DNA from: Malacoraja senta
Lineage: Eukaryota
Direction: 5' to 3'
DNA: 64,000 bases
NCBI GenBank assembly: GCA_038087875.1
Contig: CM075990.1
Location: 10,292,001-10,356,000, forward strand
Below the pieces are notes generated by a model. The model searched no databases, was not told the origin of the DNA, and saw only the letters and a list, made by a program, of their open reading frames with translations. The translations under genes were made by a program, and so were the position numbers. Shown here one piece after another: positions 24,711-37,199 of the stretch. Every line of letters starts with the position of its first letter. Position 1 is the first letter of the stretch.

Positions 24711-27244
24711 GGAAGCTGCGCCAAGAGAATTGGCCGTCCAGTTATTTCCAGAGAGAAAGTTTTTTTTTTTGTTTTAAAATAGAAAATCTATCTGGATTTC
24801 CCCGTCGCTCGCACTGTTCACTTGGACTCTCACTGGAAAAAGAAGTAAGAACGTGTAGGTTCAAGTCCTCTGCTTTGGTTCCCAACCCCCTGGAACAGAC
24901 ACGCTGCCCGTAGTTAGAGTATCCACGGATATGTTAGGGTCTGCTGAGCGCTCGGACCATCCCCAGTCTTAACGGGAACATAACACAGCCGCTGGCTGCC
25001 TTGGTTTATCAATGCTATTTCCAGCCATACGCCTGCTTAACATAATTTATTTATTTATTCAACGTGACAGGGCGGGTTTAGGGTCGGAACCTCCACTTTG
25101 ATCGTGAGTGACGCCAAGTTTCCCTCCCCCAAACACATCCGATTATTTTTAACTGCTGCCGAGGATTTTGTTCTAAGGCACCAGCCACGAGCAAAAACAG
25201 CCTGGGACGCTTCCGCTGCCCAGGAGCACAAGAGCTCTGGCGTTGTGAGCAGTGGTTAGACGCAGAAGGGCGGTCAGGAAAGTCCAGCAGCCCTTGGCCG
25301 CTCGAAAAGTCCCGAAGCTCGGCCGGCGGTGCCCGCTGTCGCTTCTGCACTCTCCCCAGTCCGCCTGTTACCCAGACACCGCGGGCTTTGCCACTTGCCA
25401 GGCTTTGTCGTGCCTCAACTCTCTTCTCCAGCTTTCTCTTCTTACCTCCCACCCCTAACTATAATCAGGCCGGTGGAAATCAACATTTATGGCGAGGGAC
25501 TGAAGCGCAGTCATCAGATGCATCGCAGCACAAGCCTATGCTGGCAGCCGGTGTAAACAGAAGTGGGAGTCTGTTTTTTCAAAGAACAGCTCTAGAACTG
25601 ATCTGGGGGGAGGGAAGATGCACAGGCTGGAACCTCTCTCCAGAAGGAAAAAGACCAGGGGGTGGGGTAACCTGGTCGAGGTCTTTCACATCTTGGTGTA
25701 ACCTGATTGTTCAATAGTCCTTTATTGTCACGTGTACCCTAAGGTACAATGAAATTTAATAATTTGATATAGGGGTACATGTGTGATGTACATCTAATAG
25801 TGAGGGGTACTTTAAGGATGGCGTTGTCACTGCAACTTTAAATACTATATCATATGATTGTGGCAGTATTGTACGATTGTGCTTGCAATTCAACGAGGGT
25901 AGCTTACAATAGTCAACAGTGTACCTCACTTGATGGTCCCTCTGAAAATGAGTGGAAGCGTGCAATGATACGCAGCCCTGGACCCGTGCAGAATAAGCTA
26001 CAATACACCACAAGTTGTATAAAAGATCCTGAATCATACCAGTGAAGGCATCAGATTATCCCAGCTTTAATGTGGAAGTCAGAAACAAACTGGAGGTCAG
26101 ATGCCATGGCAGGAGACCAGTTACTGTGCCGGTGAAGTACAAATGCACTTAACATTCAGCCCCTCATTGCTTCAAATGCTTGTTTGGAGTGAGCAATTAG
26201 AGTGATACAGTGTGGAAACAGGCCCTTCAGCCCAACATGCCCACATCAGCCAACATGTCCCATCTACACTAGTCCCACCTGCCTGCGTTTGGTCCATATC
26301 CCTCCAAACATGTCCCATCCATGGCAGTTGGACTTTTTCTGTGACCATACCAGTTATATGTGTGGTGTCAGGAAAAAGTCCAAATCTGGAGAAAAATCTA
26401 ATGTAAAACCCCAATCTCTGCACTGATATAGTTCTGCTCTCTTGAATACTGCAATTTCATATAGGTATAGCACAGTATAGTAAATGAAAGTAATTTCATC
26501 AGAGTTCTTGGCACATCTATCCAGACCATAGTTCTTCAGTTGATTCTAACCTTTCTTTTCCCATCTCCAACCACATCCCTGCACATGGTCATATTATCTT
26601 TACTTTGTGGTTCCATCAACTTTGCTAAATGTTTCTGTGGGATATATTGTTGAATGCTTTGTCAATATTAATCTACATTGTGCTTTTCCTGTGCAGTTCC
26701 TTTACTTGTCATCCCTGTGAGACCTCTAAACAATTCTGTAAAGTTGTTGAAGCTCAGCTCACCTTACAGAAATCCATGGTACCTGGCCCTAATTAACTTA
26801 GGTTTGTTCAAGTCCAATATAATCCTCAAGTATTGGCTCTCAAGATGTTTATCAACAAGCGAAGCAAAGGGTTTATAATTTCCTGGCTTATCCCCAATGC
26901 CTTTTCTGAATAAAAGAGGTTGCATTTATCAGCCTACAATCCTTTGGCTCAGATTGTGTTTCCAGTTGGCTTTTTGCAGGTAATTAGATGTGACTGAGTG
27001 TGGGACTCTGCTTGTATATAGGAAAAAATCTGCAGTGCTCTGCTCTTTTGGAAAATAAAGTAACACAGGAGTTGGCTGTAGAACCTGGATTAGGAGATCA
27101 TACATTGCTTGCTGCAGATGCAGCTGAGCATTGCAATCCACTTCCGAAATCTGGTTCTGTTTGCATCCCTGCAAACCAAACTCAGACTATGTAGATATGA
27201 CACTTTTGTTTTTCATTTGCAATAATGTTGGATCAACACACTAT

Positions 27245-27547
27245 CACAAGAGCAGTGGTGGGGCCTCGGCGGCAGCGGTGAGACCTCAGCAGCAATGGGG
27301 CCACGGCGGTGGTGAAGGCTCGCGGGTGGGGGAACCACCGTGAGGGAGGGAGGGAAGAACAATGGAGGACCCGGAGTGGGGGGGCCGTGATGAGGGAGGG
27401 GGAAGAATAATGGACAAAGGGGACCCGGCGTGGGGAAACCGCTGTGGAACAGAGGAGGAGCCAGCGTACTTTGTAACTTTGTCAGCGCCGTAGGTGGCCA
27501 CTATTTGCATACCTTGGGTATGCAAGCAATACATTTCACTGTGCCTT
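27245..27547 (+). mobile_element. GC-rich non-autonomous element or UTR with Rex1-type tail
   Basis: Tail ATTTCACTGTGCCTTG...TCACATGTGACAAT resumes at 27815 after a SINE insertion. Confidence 0.55.
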
Positions 27548-27814
27548 GGGACGACAGATGGCGCAATGGGCTAAGTGTTCGGCTGGCAACCGGAAGGTAG
27601 CCGGTTCGAATCCCGCTTGGAGTGCATACTGTCGTTGTGTCCTTGGGCAAGACACTTCACCCACCTTTGCCTGCGTGTGAATGTTGATATGTTGATATGT
27701 TGATATCAACATATGGATATGGATAATTCTCTGTAAAGCACTTTGGTTTCAAGTGATTTGATTGAAAAGTGCTATATAAATACAAATATTATTATTATTA
27801 TTATTATTATTATT
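27548..27814 (+). mobile_element. Young tRNA-derived CORE-type SINE with L2-like tail
   Basis: A box TGGCGCAATGG, B box GGTTCGAATCC, GTGTCCTTGGGCAAGACACTT core, TGTAAAGCACTTTG...AAAAGTGCTATATAAAT tail, (ATT)n. Confidence 0.85.
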
Positions 27815-28163
27815 GTCACATGTGACAATGAATTATTCCAATCCATTCCATGCTATGATTACAGAATATATTAACATGAAGCATCTGCTGGAGCTCTATG
27901 GCAGGCCCAGAACTGCTTTTGCTGACTTTGTAGTGAACAGATTCTTCGACTGCTTGTGATTTTCTGTGGGCATTGAGGATTAGGAAGATTGAGAGCACAG
28001 GGAGCAAGTTATTGTACCACACGATGTGATATAGATTAAGGTAACATCTCATATTCTTTCGGCTCGTATAAAATGAATGCATCACTTTAATTTATCTATT
28101 GACAACCTTTACTTCATTTCTCTTTGACTGTCTCCTGCAAGGCATCTCATCAGAATGAACTAA

Positions 28164-28217
28164 GGGGTGGAAGATTGCAACCTTCACACAGTCAACCCTG
28201 TTTCGACGAATGCAATC
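28164..28217 (+). ncRNA. Minimal HDV/CPEB3-like ribozyme fold, copy 2 (degenerate)
   Basis: GGGGTGG AA GATTGCA ACC TTCACAC AGT CAACCCT GT TTCGA C GAA TGCAATC. G1-U wobble retained; mismatches in P1, P3 and L3. Confidence 0.7.
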
Positions 28218-28306
28218 AACCTGTCGTGCACAATCAAATAAGATCAAATAGAACACGTTGTCCTACAACTTTCGGCTGTGCACGCCATACGCAAGATGAA
28301 GAAGAT
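28164..28306 (+). mobile_element. Ribozyme-headed short non-autonomous retroposon, copy 2
   Basis: TSD AA(T/C)GAACTAA (28154-28163 / 28307-28316), tail GCAAGATGAAGAAGA, starts exactly at GGGGTGG. Confidence 0.88.
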
Positions 28307-29449
28307 AACGAACTAAGAGTTACAACCAAGACTAGCATGGCAAAACAAATTAAGGATTTCCTCAAAAGCTGCCAGCAAAGCTATGCAAGTATCCGTAGAT
28401 GTTTGACTTTTAAATGTTCAAAGAAATACCTAGTTGGTTTCTGAAGGTGGTCGGCAATGTAACTGTTGAAACCTTTAACACATTCACAGATTCACACTGT
28501 AAGAAGGCAAAGTTATTGTACTCAACATAGTTAAATCTAAACTTTCACGTAGGGAGAGAGAGAGAAATCAGGTAACATGAAAAAAGGCACCAATGTAGTA
28601 TTAGCAAGTTGAAGATATTGGTTTATTGGAGATATTGGAAGATATTAGTTTATTATTGTCATGTGTACCAAGATACAATGAAAATCTTTGTTTTGCATGC
28701 TCTCCAGGTAAATCATACCATAAATGAGTGTAACAGGTGGTCCATAACTCTCGACAATCTCTTGCTGCCTTGGGCAGAGCAGTTGCCAAACAAAGTTGTG
28801 ATGATCAGATGCTTTCTATGATACATCTGTAAATGTTTGTGAGAGTCTTTTGAAACATGCCAAATTTCCTTGAATAGGAGAGGCACTTGTGTGCTTTCTT
28901 GGGAATTTGCAAGGGGAACATATAAAACCGTGAAGACGACTCAATGAAAGCAAATGGGATCTGATGTTATTTCAATACTGGAAGGGGGCTGATGAACAAG
29001 AATATTTTTCAACCCTATATTCCATAACTCATAAGACTATCAGTTAGCAAGTAGTTTGCAACTTGCCTTTCAGTCCATCTGAATACAGTACGTTTAAAAT
29101 CAACTGACATTTATAAACAACTGAGCAGATTGTAAAGCATGGAAAAACCTTGTCTATTCTATTTCTTTGTTGTTGGCTACTTCCATAAAAATAAAGACGA
29201 TATATATTTTCAGCCAAGAACTATTCACGGAATATTTATATTCCTACATGTGGGAATGGTGAAAGCTGGCCAAACAGTTATTAAGTATTTGATGTCCTTT
29301 CATGAGAAAATATAATTGGCGTGTCCACGAGCTTTCTCTCAAGCTTCTACTGATACATTCTGACAGGATGCAGCATGGCAACTGCTCTGCTCTCAACCGC
29401 CTGAATCTGCAGATGGTGTACATGACAATAAACTACTCTGAATCTGAAT

Positions 29450-30520
29450 ATGAATCAAACAACTAAAGAACTGACTGGTGATTTTGGAAGACGAAGGCTG
29501 AGGATCCACAAACCTGTCTTCATCAATGGGACGGTTGTGGAGAAAGTCAACAGTTTTAAGTTCCTGGGCATGCATATCTCTGAAGATCTGTCCTGGACCC
29601 AGCACATTGATGCGATCATAAAGAAACCCCATCAACGCCTCTACTTCCTTAGAAGATTGAGGAGAATCAGAATGGCGATGAATACTTTTTTGAACATCTA
29701 CTGGTGTATGGTAGAGAGCATATTGACTGGTTGCATCAAGGCCAGGTTCAGAGCTTGAATGCCCAGGAACAAAGGAGGTTAAGGGCGTCAGAGGTTATAT
29801 GGAGAAGGCAGGAGAATGGGGTTAGTAGGGAGAGATAGATGAGCAATGATTCAATGGTTGAGTTGACTTGATGGGCTGAATGGCCTAATTCTTATGATCC
29901 TATGACCAAAAGTGGCGAACACTGCCCAATCCATCACAGGTATGACCCCCACACCATTGGAGGGATCTTTAACAGGTATGGCCTAAAAAAGGCAGCCATT
30001 GTCATCAAGAACCCAAACCAACCTGGCCACACTCTCGTTTCACTCCTAACAAAAAGGCATAGAAGTCTGAAAACTGTAACATACAAACATAGAAACATAG
30101 AAAATAGGTGCAGGAGTAGGCCATTCAGCCCTTCGAGCCAGCACCGCCATTCAATATGAGCACGGCTGATCATCCAGAATCAGTACACCGTTCCTGCTTT
30201 TTCCCCATATCCCTTGATTCTGTTAGCATAAGAAAATGTGCCTTCAGGTTCAGGAACAGCTTCTTCCCACCAACTGTCAGGCTATTAAACACTACATATT
30301 CCAACTAAACAGAACTACAAACTGTCTTGGTTTCATTCGGGACTTGGGGACTTTGTTTTGTTTTTTGCACTTTGTTGGATTTTTTACTTATTGAACAGTT
30401 TTTTTGTTTATTATATTACCTATTGTGTACTATATTAACAAACCTGCTCTGCTGCTAATGCAAGTCAGAACTTCATTATTCCATTTTGGTACATATGACA
30501 ATAAAACATCTTGACTTGAA
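29450..30520 (+). mobile_element. Rex1/Babar LINE 3' part with nested CR1 tails
   Basis: TKELTGDFGR...INGTVVEKVNSFKFLGMHISEDLSWTQH...QRLYFLRRLRR; tail GTACATATGACAATAAA. CR1 tails inserted at ~29780-29905 and ~30080-30235. Confidence 0.9.
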
Positions 30521-30819
30521 TCTGAAAATATCTATTAAGGTTATTCTCCACTTTGTAGTCAAATGTTCAAGCTATCCATTCACCTATAAAATTCTTTCAC
30601 GCTATGTACTTGATTCATGACATCCAAACAAATTAAAAATAAAAATAAAAATGTCTTCAACTTTTTTCATATTTTGTATGATAAAAGTAATATCATCAGT
30701 GAGGCAAAGAGATTCTTGCAGCAACTGTTGCAATCTATTTAACGTTGGAGTTAAAACATTTCAAGTTTAAAAGCAGGCCAATTTAAGTGCCAGACATTTC
30801 AATCAATTTAGTACACACA

Positions 30820-31590
30820 GAGTCAAAGAGTCATGCAGTATGGAAACAGGCCTATCCGCCCAACATGTCCAAACCGACCATGATATACCATCTAAGTTAT
30901 TCCCACTTGTCTGCGTTTGGCTCATATCCCTCTACACCTTTTTGTCCATGAACCTGTCCAAATGCTGTCATTGTACCTGCCCCAGCTACTTCCAGAGAGT
31001 CACCATCCTCTGCGAGAAGAAATCTCTGCAAATCTCAGGTTTAAATGGCTCTCACATATTTTGTGTTTATATCCCCTTGTTTGAGATTCTCCCACCAGTG
31101 AAAACTTGCCAGCATCTACCCGTCAAGCCCCATTGGGATCTCACATGTTTGAATAAGTCACGCCTCCTTCTTCTAAACTCAAAGGAGCACAGGCCCAAAC
31201 TATTCAGTCTCTTGGTAGGATAATCCTTTCATTCCAGGAATTGGAGCCATACAGCATGACAACAGGCCCTTTGACTCAACTCAACCATGCTGACCAAGAT
31301 GTCCCATCGAAGCTAGTTCAATTATGTCCTCTAAACCTTTCCTATCCATGTACCTGTCACTAAGGCCTAAATGTTGTTATTATACCTGTCTCAACTACTT
31401 CCGTTTGTTTCATATACCACTACCCTCTGTGTGAAAATGTTGTCCTTCACGTCCCTATTAAATCCTTCCCCTTTCCCTTAAACCTATGCCCTCTAGTTCT
31501 TGATTCCCCTACCCTGGGAAAAAGACTGTGTGCATTCATCCTATTAACTCCCATCATAATTTTATACAGTTCTATATGACCATTGAGCAA
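30820..31590 (-). mobile_element. Adjacent CR1 3' end fragments
   Basis: GGAAACAGGCC-type tails and CR1 ORF2-end sequence. Confidence 0.75.
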
Positions 31591-32978
31591 GCCAAATCTG
31601 ATTTGGGCTACCTCCAATATTACTATATTTTATTTGGTAATGGGATCAATACTATACAGTATATGGTATTCTCACTAACACTTTGCACAATTGTAACAAA
31701 ACCCTATTTTTTAAATCCATCTACTTTGGAATGAAGGACAAAATGCCATTTGTCTTAATCTTAACTACTTGTTGGACATGACCACTCGAGTTTTGTGATT
31801 CATTCACTGGAACACCAAGATCCCTCTGTACTTCACTCACTTTCAGTCCTTCTCAATTGAGAATAATCCACCGCATGACTTTACACCTCCCTATATTAAA
31901 CTCCCTTTGGCAACCTTTTGCCCACTCATTCAATCATTCTAATCCCATCGCAGAAACACTGTCTCCTTATCACAACATGCCCTTCCACCTATTTTCGTAT
32001 CATTGAGAATCATGGAAACTGGCAGATCCTTCCGGTCAGTTTCTCACACTTAAGCCAGTCCCAGATGAATAATTATTTACCCTCAGACTGGCTTATAATG
32101 ATAGACTCCTTCTTAACTTTGTTAAGCCTCAAAGAAATTTATATTTTCAAAGAAATTATTTTTCTAAATTGCACAGAATGTAATCTCATTCTAACAACAC
32201 ACCTGAAACTTCTTTATGTATTACTAAGGAAAATCAATTTATGTCTAATTAACCAAACGACACTGATAATTTGCAGCTAAAATATTCAATAATGTTAATG
32301 CAGTTCATATTCATCTGTTATCTAGTTAATTCCCAGAAACATTAAACATTTGCTGTTTATACAATAACATACTGCTATGAAAAAGGGGATTACAAAGACC
32401 AGGAAAAAATATTGATGTTTTGTTATTAATATCGTTATGGACTCATATTAATTTTAAACAAAGAAACAAAACATATCTTGATGTTATGGTCAATTATGAT
32501 TATTTGAATAGTTGAACGTATAACATAAGACAATATTTTTTAAACTAAACTCTAAACCTTTTGATATACTGCTTCTTCACAGAACATTCCTAACTTAAGG
32601 TATAATTTAAAAAATTATGTTTATGACTTCCTAATAACACAGCTGATGATTGAAAAATAAGGCCTTTGCTGTGAAAGACCTTATAAAGAAAATGAAAGAG
32701 GAAATTGCATACAAGTGTTGGCGAATAAAGCCCTACCCGTGATTGTGCTGTTATCTGAACAATATGACATGGGTAACATAATCTTGTCATTTTAGTTATT
32801 TGTAAGTCTGAATCCATCATGTCACATGTGTAAAATATACATTTATTTCCCCCAAAAATGGAAGACTAAGGTGCAAATTATTCTGGTGTCACAGGCTTAG
32901 GGACTCGTTGCAGCAACAGGTTATCATGTACAGTCTTGCCTATTCGTGTACAGCTGGAATGAACAAGATGTAGATGTT

Positions 32979-33154
32979 AGACAAAAATGCTGGAGTAACT
33001 CAGCAGGACAGGCCACATCTCTGGAGAGAAGGAATGGGCGACGTTTCGGGTCTTGACCATTCCTTCCCTCCAGAGATGCTGCCTGTACCGATGAGTTACT
33101 CCAGCATTTTGTGTCTACCTTTGATTTAAATCAGCACCTGTACTTCTTTCCTAC
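32979..33154. mobile_element. Penelope-terminus-derived fold-back element
   Basis: Inverted arms; TSD ACAA(G/T)ATGTAGATGTT at 32963-32978 / 33155-33170. Confidence 0.8.
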
Positions 33155-33384
33155 ACAATATGTAGATGTTGCTGTTTTGTAAAAACAGTTTCGCTTCAGA
33201 ATATACTGCATAATTAATTTGATTTGGTTGTTTCTCCAGGCAAGCTTTGTACCATGGAACATAAGAAACTGCAGATGCTGGAACCTTGGGCAAAAAACAA
33301 GTTGCTGGAGGAATTCAATGGCTCAGGCAATATCTCTGGAGGGAATGGGCAGATGATGTTTCGGGTTTGGTGGGAACGGATGAG

Positions 33385-34075
33385 TTAATCTAGGAAATCT
33401 CAGTGCAAAGTGGAAAGGAGTGGGGACGGGAAATGTGGGCTTCACTGCGGCTGTTGTGGAAGGAGGCCTCACCCGTGTCTCCTCTGTGTCCCACAGTACT
33501 GCCCTTCCTTCCCTTAGCTCCAGACGGGACAGGGATAGATTTTCCCTGGTCCTCACCTTTCACTCCACCAGCTTCTGCATCCAACACATAATTCTCCGAC
33601 AATTCCCGCACCTCCAAAATATTCCCACCACCATTTACATCGCCCTGTCTCCACCCGTTTCCATTTTCCACAGAGACCACACTGCAACTCCTTGGTCTGT
33701 TTGTCCCTTTCTACCCAACTCACCCTATTCCTAGGCATTGTCCCCACCAACTGCAGGAGATAAAACACCTCTCCCTACATCTCCTCTCTCACCCCCATCC
33801 AGGCACCCCAGCTGCCCTTCCAGATGAGACAGTGGATTACAGGCACCTCATACAACTTTGCCTATTGGCATTCAGTGCCCCTGATGTGGCCCCCTATTCA
33901 TCGGCTAGACCACGTTAGACTATAAAACCATTTTTCCAAGCACTTGTGCTCTGTCTGCCAAGGCTTCGTAGAGCTCCCGGTGACTAACCATTTTAACTCC
34001 CCTTCCTAACCCCATGCCCATCTGTCTGTCCTTGGCCTCCTCCATTGATCTTGCTCTTCCCCCTCCCCTTCCCTT
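33385..34075 (+). mobile_element. Penelope-like element fragment (RT C-terminal linker and GIY-YIG endonuclease), degenerate
   Basis: ORF 33420-33734 contains DRFSLVLTFHSTSFCIQHIILRQFPHLQ (PLE linker motif). Downstream DNA matches the CTSSNLVYCIRC..C...YIGET GIY-YIG pattern with frameshifts. Confidence 0.8.
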
Positions 34076-34289
34076 TGGTCCATGCCTTGGCCTACTATTT
34101 TCCAGAGAGAATAAACCCAGCCTATCCAATATCTCCTTATAACCAACGTCTCCAATTAAATCAAAGAGTCTATGAGAAAGGTCATGGAGCAGGAGGAAGT
34201 TATTCCTTGATCTCTTGTAGAGAAGCCAGGAGCTTGTTCTTGCCCCCAGATGGGGTGTACACCTTATCGTCATCAGGCAGTGGTTGATG

Positions 34290-35265
34290 GGGAAGAATCG
34301 TACTTTGCACAAATGAAATTGGTTGGCAAACATCCCAACCCAGGACTTTACTGCAGGAGATCCTTAGGACAGTGCCGGCTGTTTCATCAACAACCTTCCT
34401 CCCATCGTATGGTTAAATGTGGAGATGTTTACCAATGATCGTACAATGTTTAATTGGGGTGATGATGGGGCGAATGCAGCACCATGTGTGCAATCAGCAG
34501 CACTTGGCCAATATTCAGACATCAGCTGATTGTGCCACAGGGGTTAGAGGCAATGACCACCTCCAACAAGAAAGTGCCAACCCCCTCCCCTTGATATCCA
34601 GCAGCATCACCTTTAGTGAGTCTGTCACCATCAACCTCCTGGGGATCACCGCGGACCTTAAACGGAATCGGATCATCTACACAATACTGCGGCTACAAGA
34701 ACATGTTGAAAACGTGCCCATTGTGGCTCACCTTCTGACATAGCAAATTCTTTCCATCGTCAATAAGGCACAAGCCCGGACTGTGTTGGAATCTGATCCA
34801 TTTGCCTGGAAAAGGTAAGAAACTTGACACCATCCTCGATAAAACAACCTGCTTGACCTGCACTCCATCAACCACAATAAACATTCAACCCATTCAACAT
34901 TCATACCATCAGTGTGTACCGTCTTCAAAATGCACTGCAATGACTCGCTTGGGCTACTTTATCGGCACCTTCAAAGCCGTGATCTTTAACACCAAATGGC
35001 AGTAGCTGGAAGGGAACATCACCACCTTTGGATTGCGCTCCAAACTGCATACTACTCTGACCTTGATATACACCACCATTTCTTCAACATTACTAAGTCT
35101 TTATTGTGGAACTCCCTCCTCCAGAGCCGTGTGGGAGTACCCTCACCAGCAAAGTTTGTAGTAGTTTATGAAGGCAGCTCACCACCACCTTGTCAAGGAC
35201 ATCTAGGGAAGGGATATAAATACTGACCTTGCCAACAACGCTCATATTTCAAAAGATGAATAAAT
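34290..35265 (+). mobile_element. Old CR1/L2-group LINE 3' part (second family)
   Basis: Decayed GVPQG..LGP..F..FINDL / FADD region, and a 3' tail shared with minus-strand copies at ~14620-14830 and ~60050-61680. Confidence 0.65.
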
Positions 35266-35269
35266 AGAA

Positions 35270-35560
35270 AAGAGCTGCTTGCACGCAGGAAACTCCCACA
35301 ATCAAGAACATGATAAAGAGTGGATTATCGGTTTTAGGTTTGAATGACAGATAAATACTGGCTGTGTTATCTCTTCTGTTGTGCTATGAAAAAGTCCCAC
35401 AAGCTTTCATGTCCAGTGGAGAGACCAAATATCGCATTCCTTCTGCTCTGGACTCTAGATTGTTGTTTGGCTGTGTCACTTTGACATGAAAGTTTCACTC
35501 ACATTCACAACACAGCAACGTAGAGAAGCACTGTAAACGGAGAGTATAGAAATATAAGAG
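35270..35560 (-). mobile_element. DeuSINE remnant
   Basis: Reverse-complement Deu-domain traces (CTCCCACAA...GATAAATACTGGC). Confidence 0.5.
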
Positions 35561-37199
35561 AAGAACTGACAAGGACACTTGAGCTCCCCTCCTGCTGGAA
35601 CTGGAACAATGCTCAGGTAATCAGCAGTTAGTAGCTCTATATTTAATGCCATTGTTTCTGTCATTTAAATAGAGCCTATATATAAATGTTGCAGGAAAAA
35701 GCGAGGCCAGTGTTATCACCATATCCTTGAACCTTCATTTAACTTTGCTGCTGTGAACCAGCAGTAATATATATTAACAAATGGAATTATTTTAAGCACA
35801 TTGTTGCAATGAATCATCACACACTCCATCTTTTGATATATGTGGTTTTCATGTGAATACTCTTGTTTTGAGTATTTAAGTGTTTGATGACTATTTTAAG
35901 GTAGTTGAGGCAGGTTCTATAAGGGCATTTAAAGGAATCTTGAACAAGTAGATGGATGGGAAGGGTTGAGAGGGATAAAGTGCAAACACAGGCATGTGGG
36001 ACTAACTTACATGGGCATCTTGGTCGGCATAGACAAGTGGGGCTAAAGGACCAGTTTAGTGTTGTATGACTATTCTGACATGAAGGGATTACAAGCAACT
36101 GCCAACAGAGAAAATTTAACACTATAAGTAAAATCCATTCCAAGATACCACCGATGAATTGCAACAGCAGCGGGCAAAATTTGCAAATGTGGCACTTTGC
36201 ATTGAAAGATTGTGATTGACAAGATGGGTAAAGGTAGGTGTGTTGTGACAACATTTTTCTTGACGTTGTAGATAGGTCATCGACTTTAGTTAGTGTAAAC
36301 ATTTCTGATTGCTCGCTGAATCAACCTCTGTCTTTACACAAAAGATCAGATGAAGACCTATGATAAGGGACCAGAACAGATTGGTGTAAACAGTTCTGAA
36401 TGAATACCATATCATTCTCAGTTATTCATTTCATTGTACCCTTTTTTTTCTCAGCTGGCACAGCTATTGTGACAAGTTGGTAAGTCACAGAGGTTTGGTT
36501 GTTTGTAATGATTTCAACAGTGTACTAATAACCATCCAGCAATGACTGGGCTCTTGTTATTTTACAGCAGGATGTCTGTGCAGTGCGGTGGGTGGGTGAA
36601 AGTGAATAGTGCCTCAAGATTGAGAGTATTTCTCATTATGTCTTGCCTTCAGTTCGAGCCTGCTATTCTTGACAGTATCTGCTACAGAAATTAGCAGGCT
36701 CTTCCTGTATTATTCTATTTGGCTTGCATTTTAATGTGCTAACTGGTGCTGCTGGTTTGTGCATGAATTCCATGTTGCTGATTGAAATAACACGGACAAG
36801 CTTTTTTTTCTCCTGTGGGACTAGCCACGGGCTCTTCTTTCTTTTCCATTTAAAGGATAAACATGCCTCAGCAATTGTTGAAGGATTGATTCTTAATGAA
36901 ATGTAGTGCCACACCTAATCCATCCATTTTGGGTGACCACAGAATGATCAGACACCATCATCTACAACTTGTCCCTTGAGTTGTGCTGAGCCTCCAAGCC
37001 ATATACTTTCCACCACAAACACATCAGATTACGCCACTGTAATATTGTCCTATTCTATCCCTGACCCAACTGCAGAAACCCTCTCCTTGCTTTTATAATC
37101 TTTAACTGACGTCCTCTTATCCTATCTTGGCATTCCTCCCATTCACCATCTACATAAATGTTTGCTCGTTGAAAATTCTGCTGCTGCATGCGATCCTGC

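Larger units (their letters stand above)
22760..25560. promoter_or_regulatory. CpG-rich, repeat-free promoter/5' region of COL13A1
   Basis: Visibly higher CpG and GC content and absence of SINE/LINE insertions around exons 1-2 compared with the flanks. TSS not determinable. Confidence 0.6.

Noticed and set aside
25078-25717. Overlapping ORFs in the GC-rich upstream region
   Set aside because: Expected from stop-codon scarcity in CpG-rich DNA; no homology recognised.
27548-27625. tRNA gene
   Set aside because: No acceptor stem; continues into a SINE body and tail. The same applies to the V-SINE heads at 40680 and 51493.
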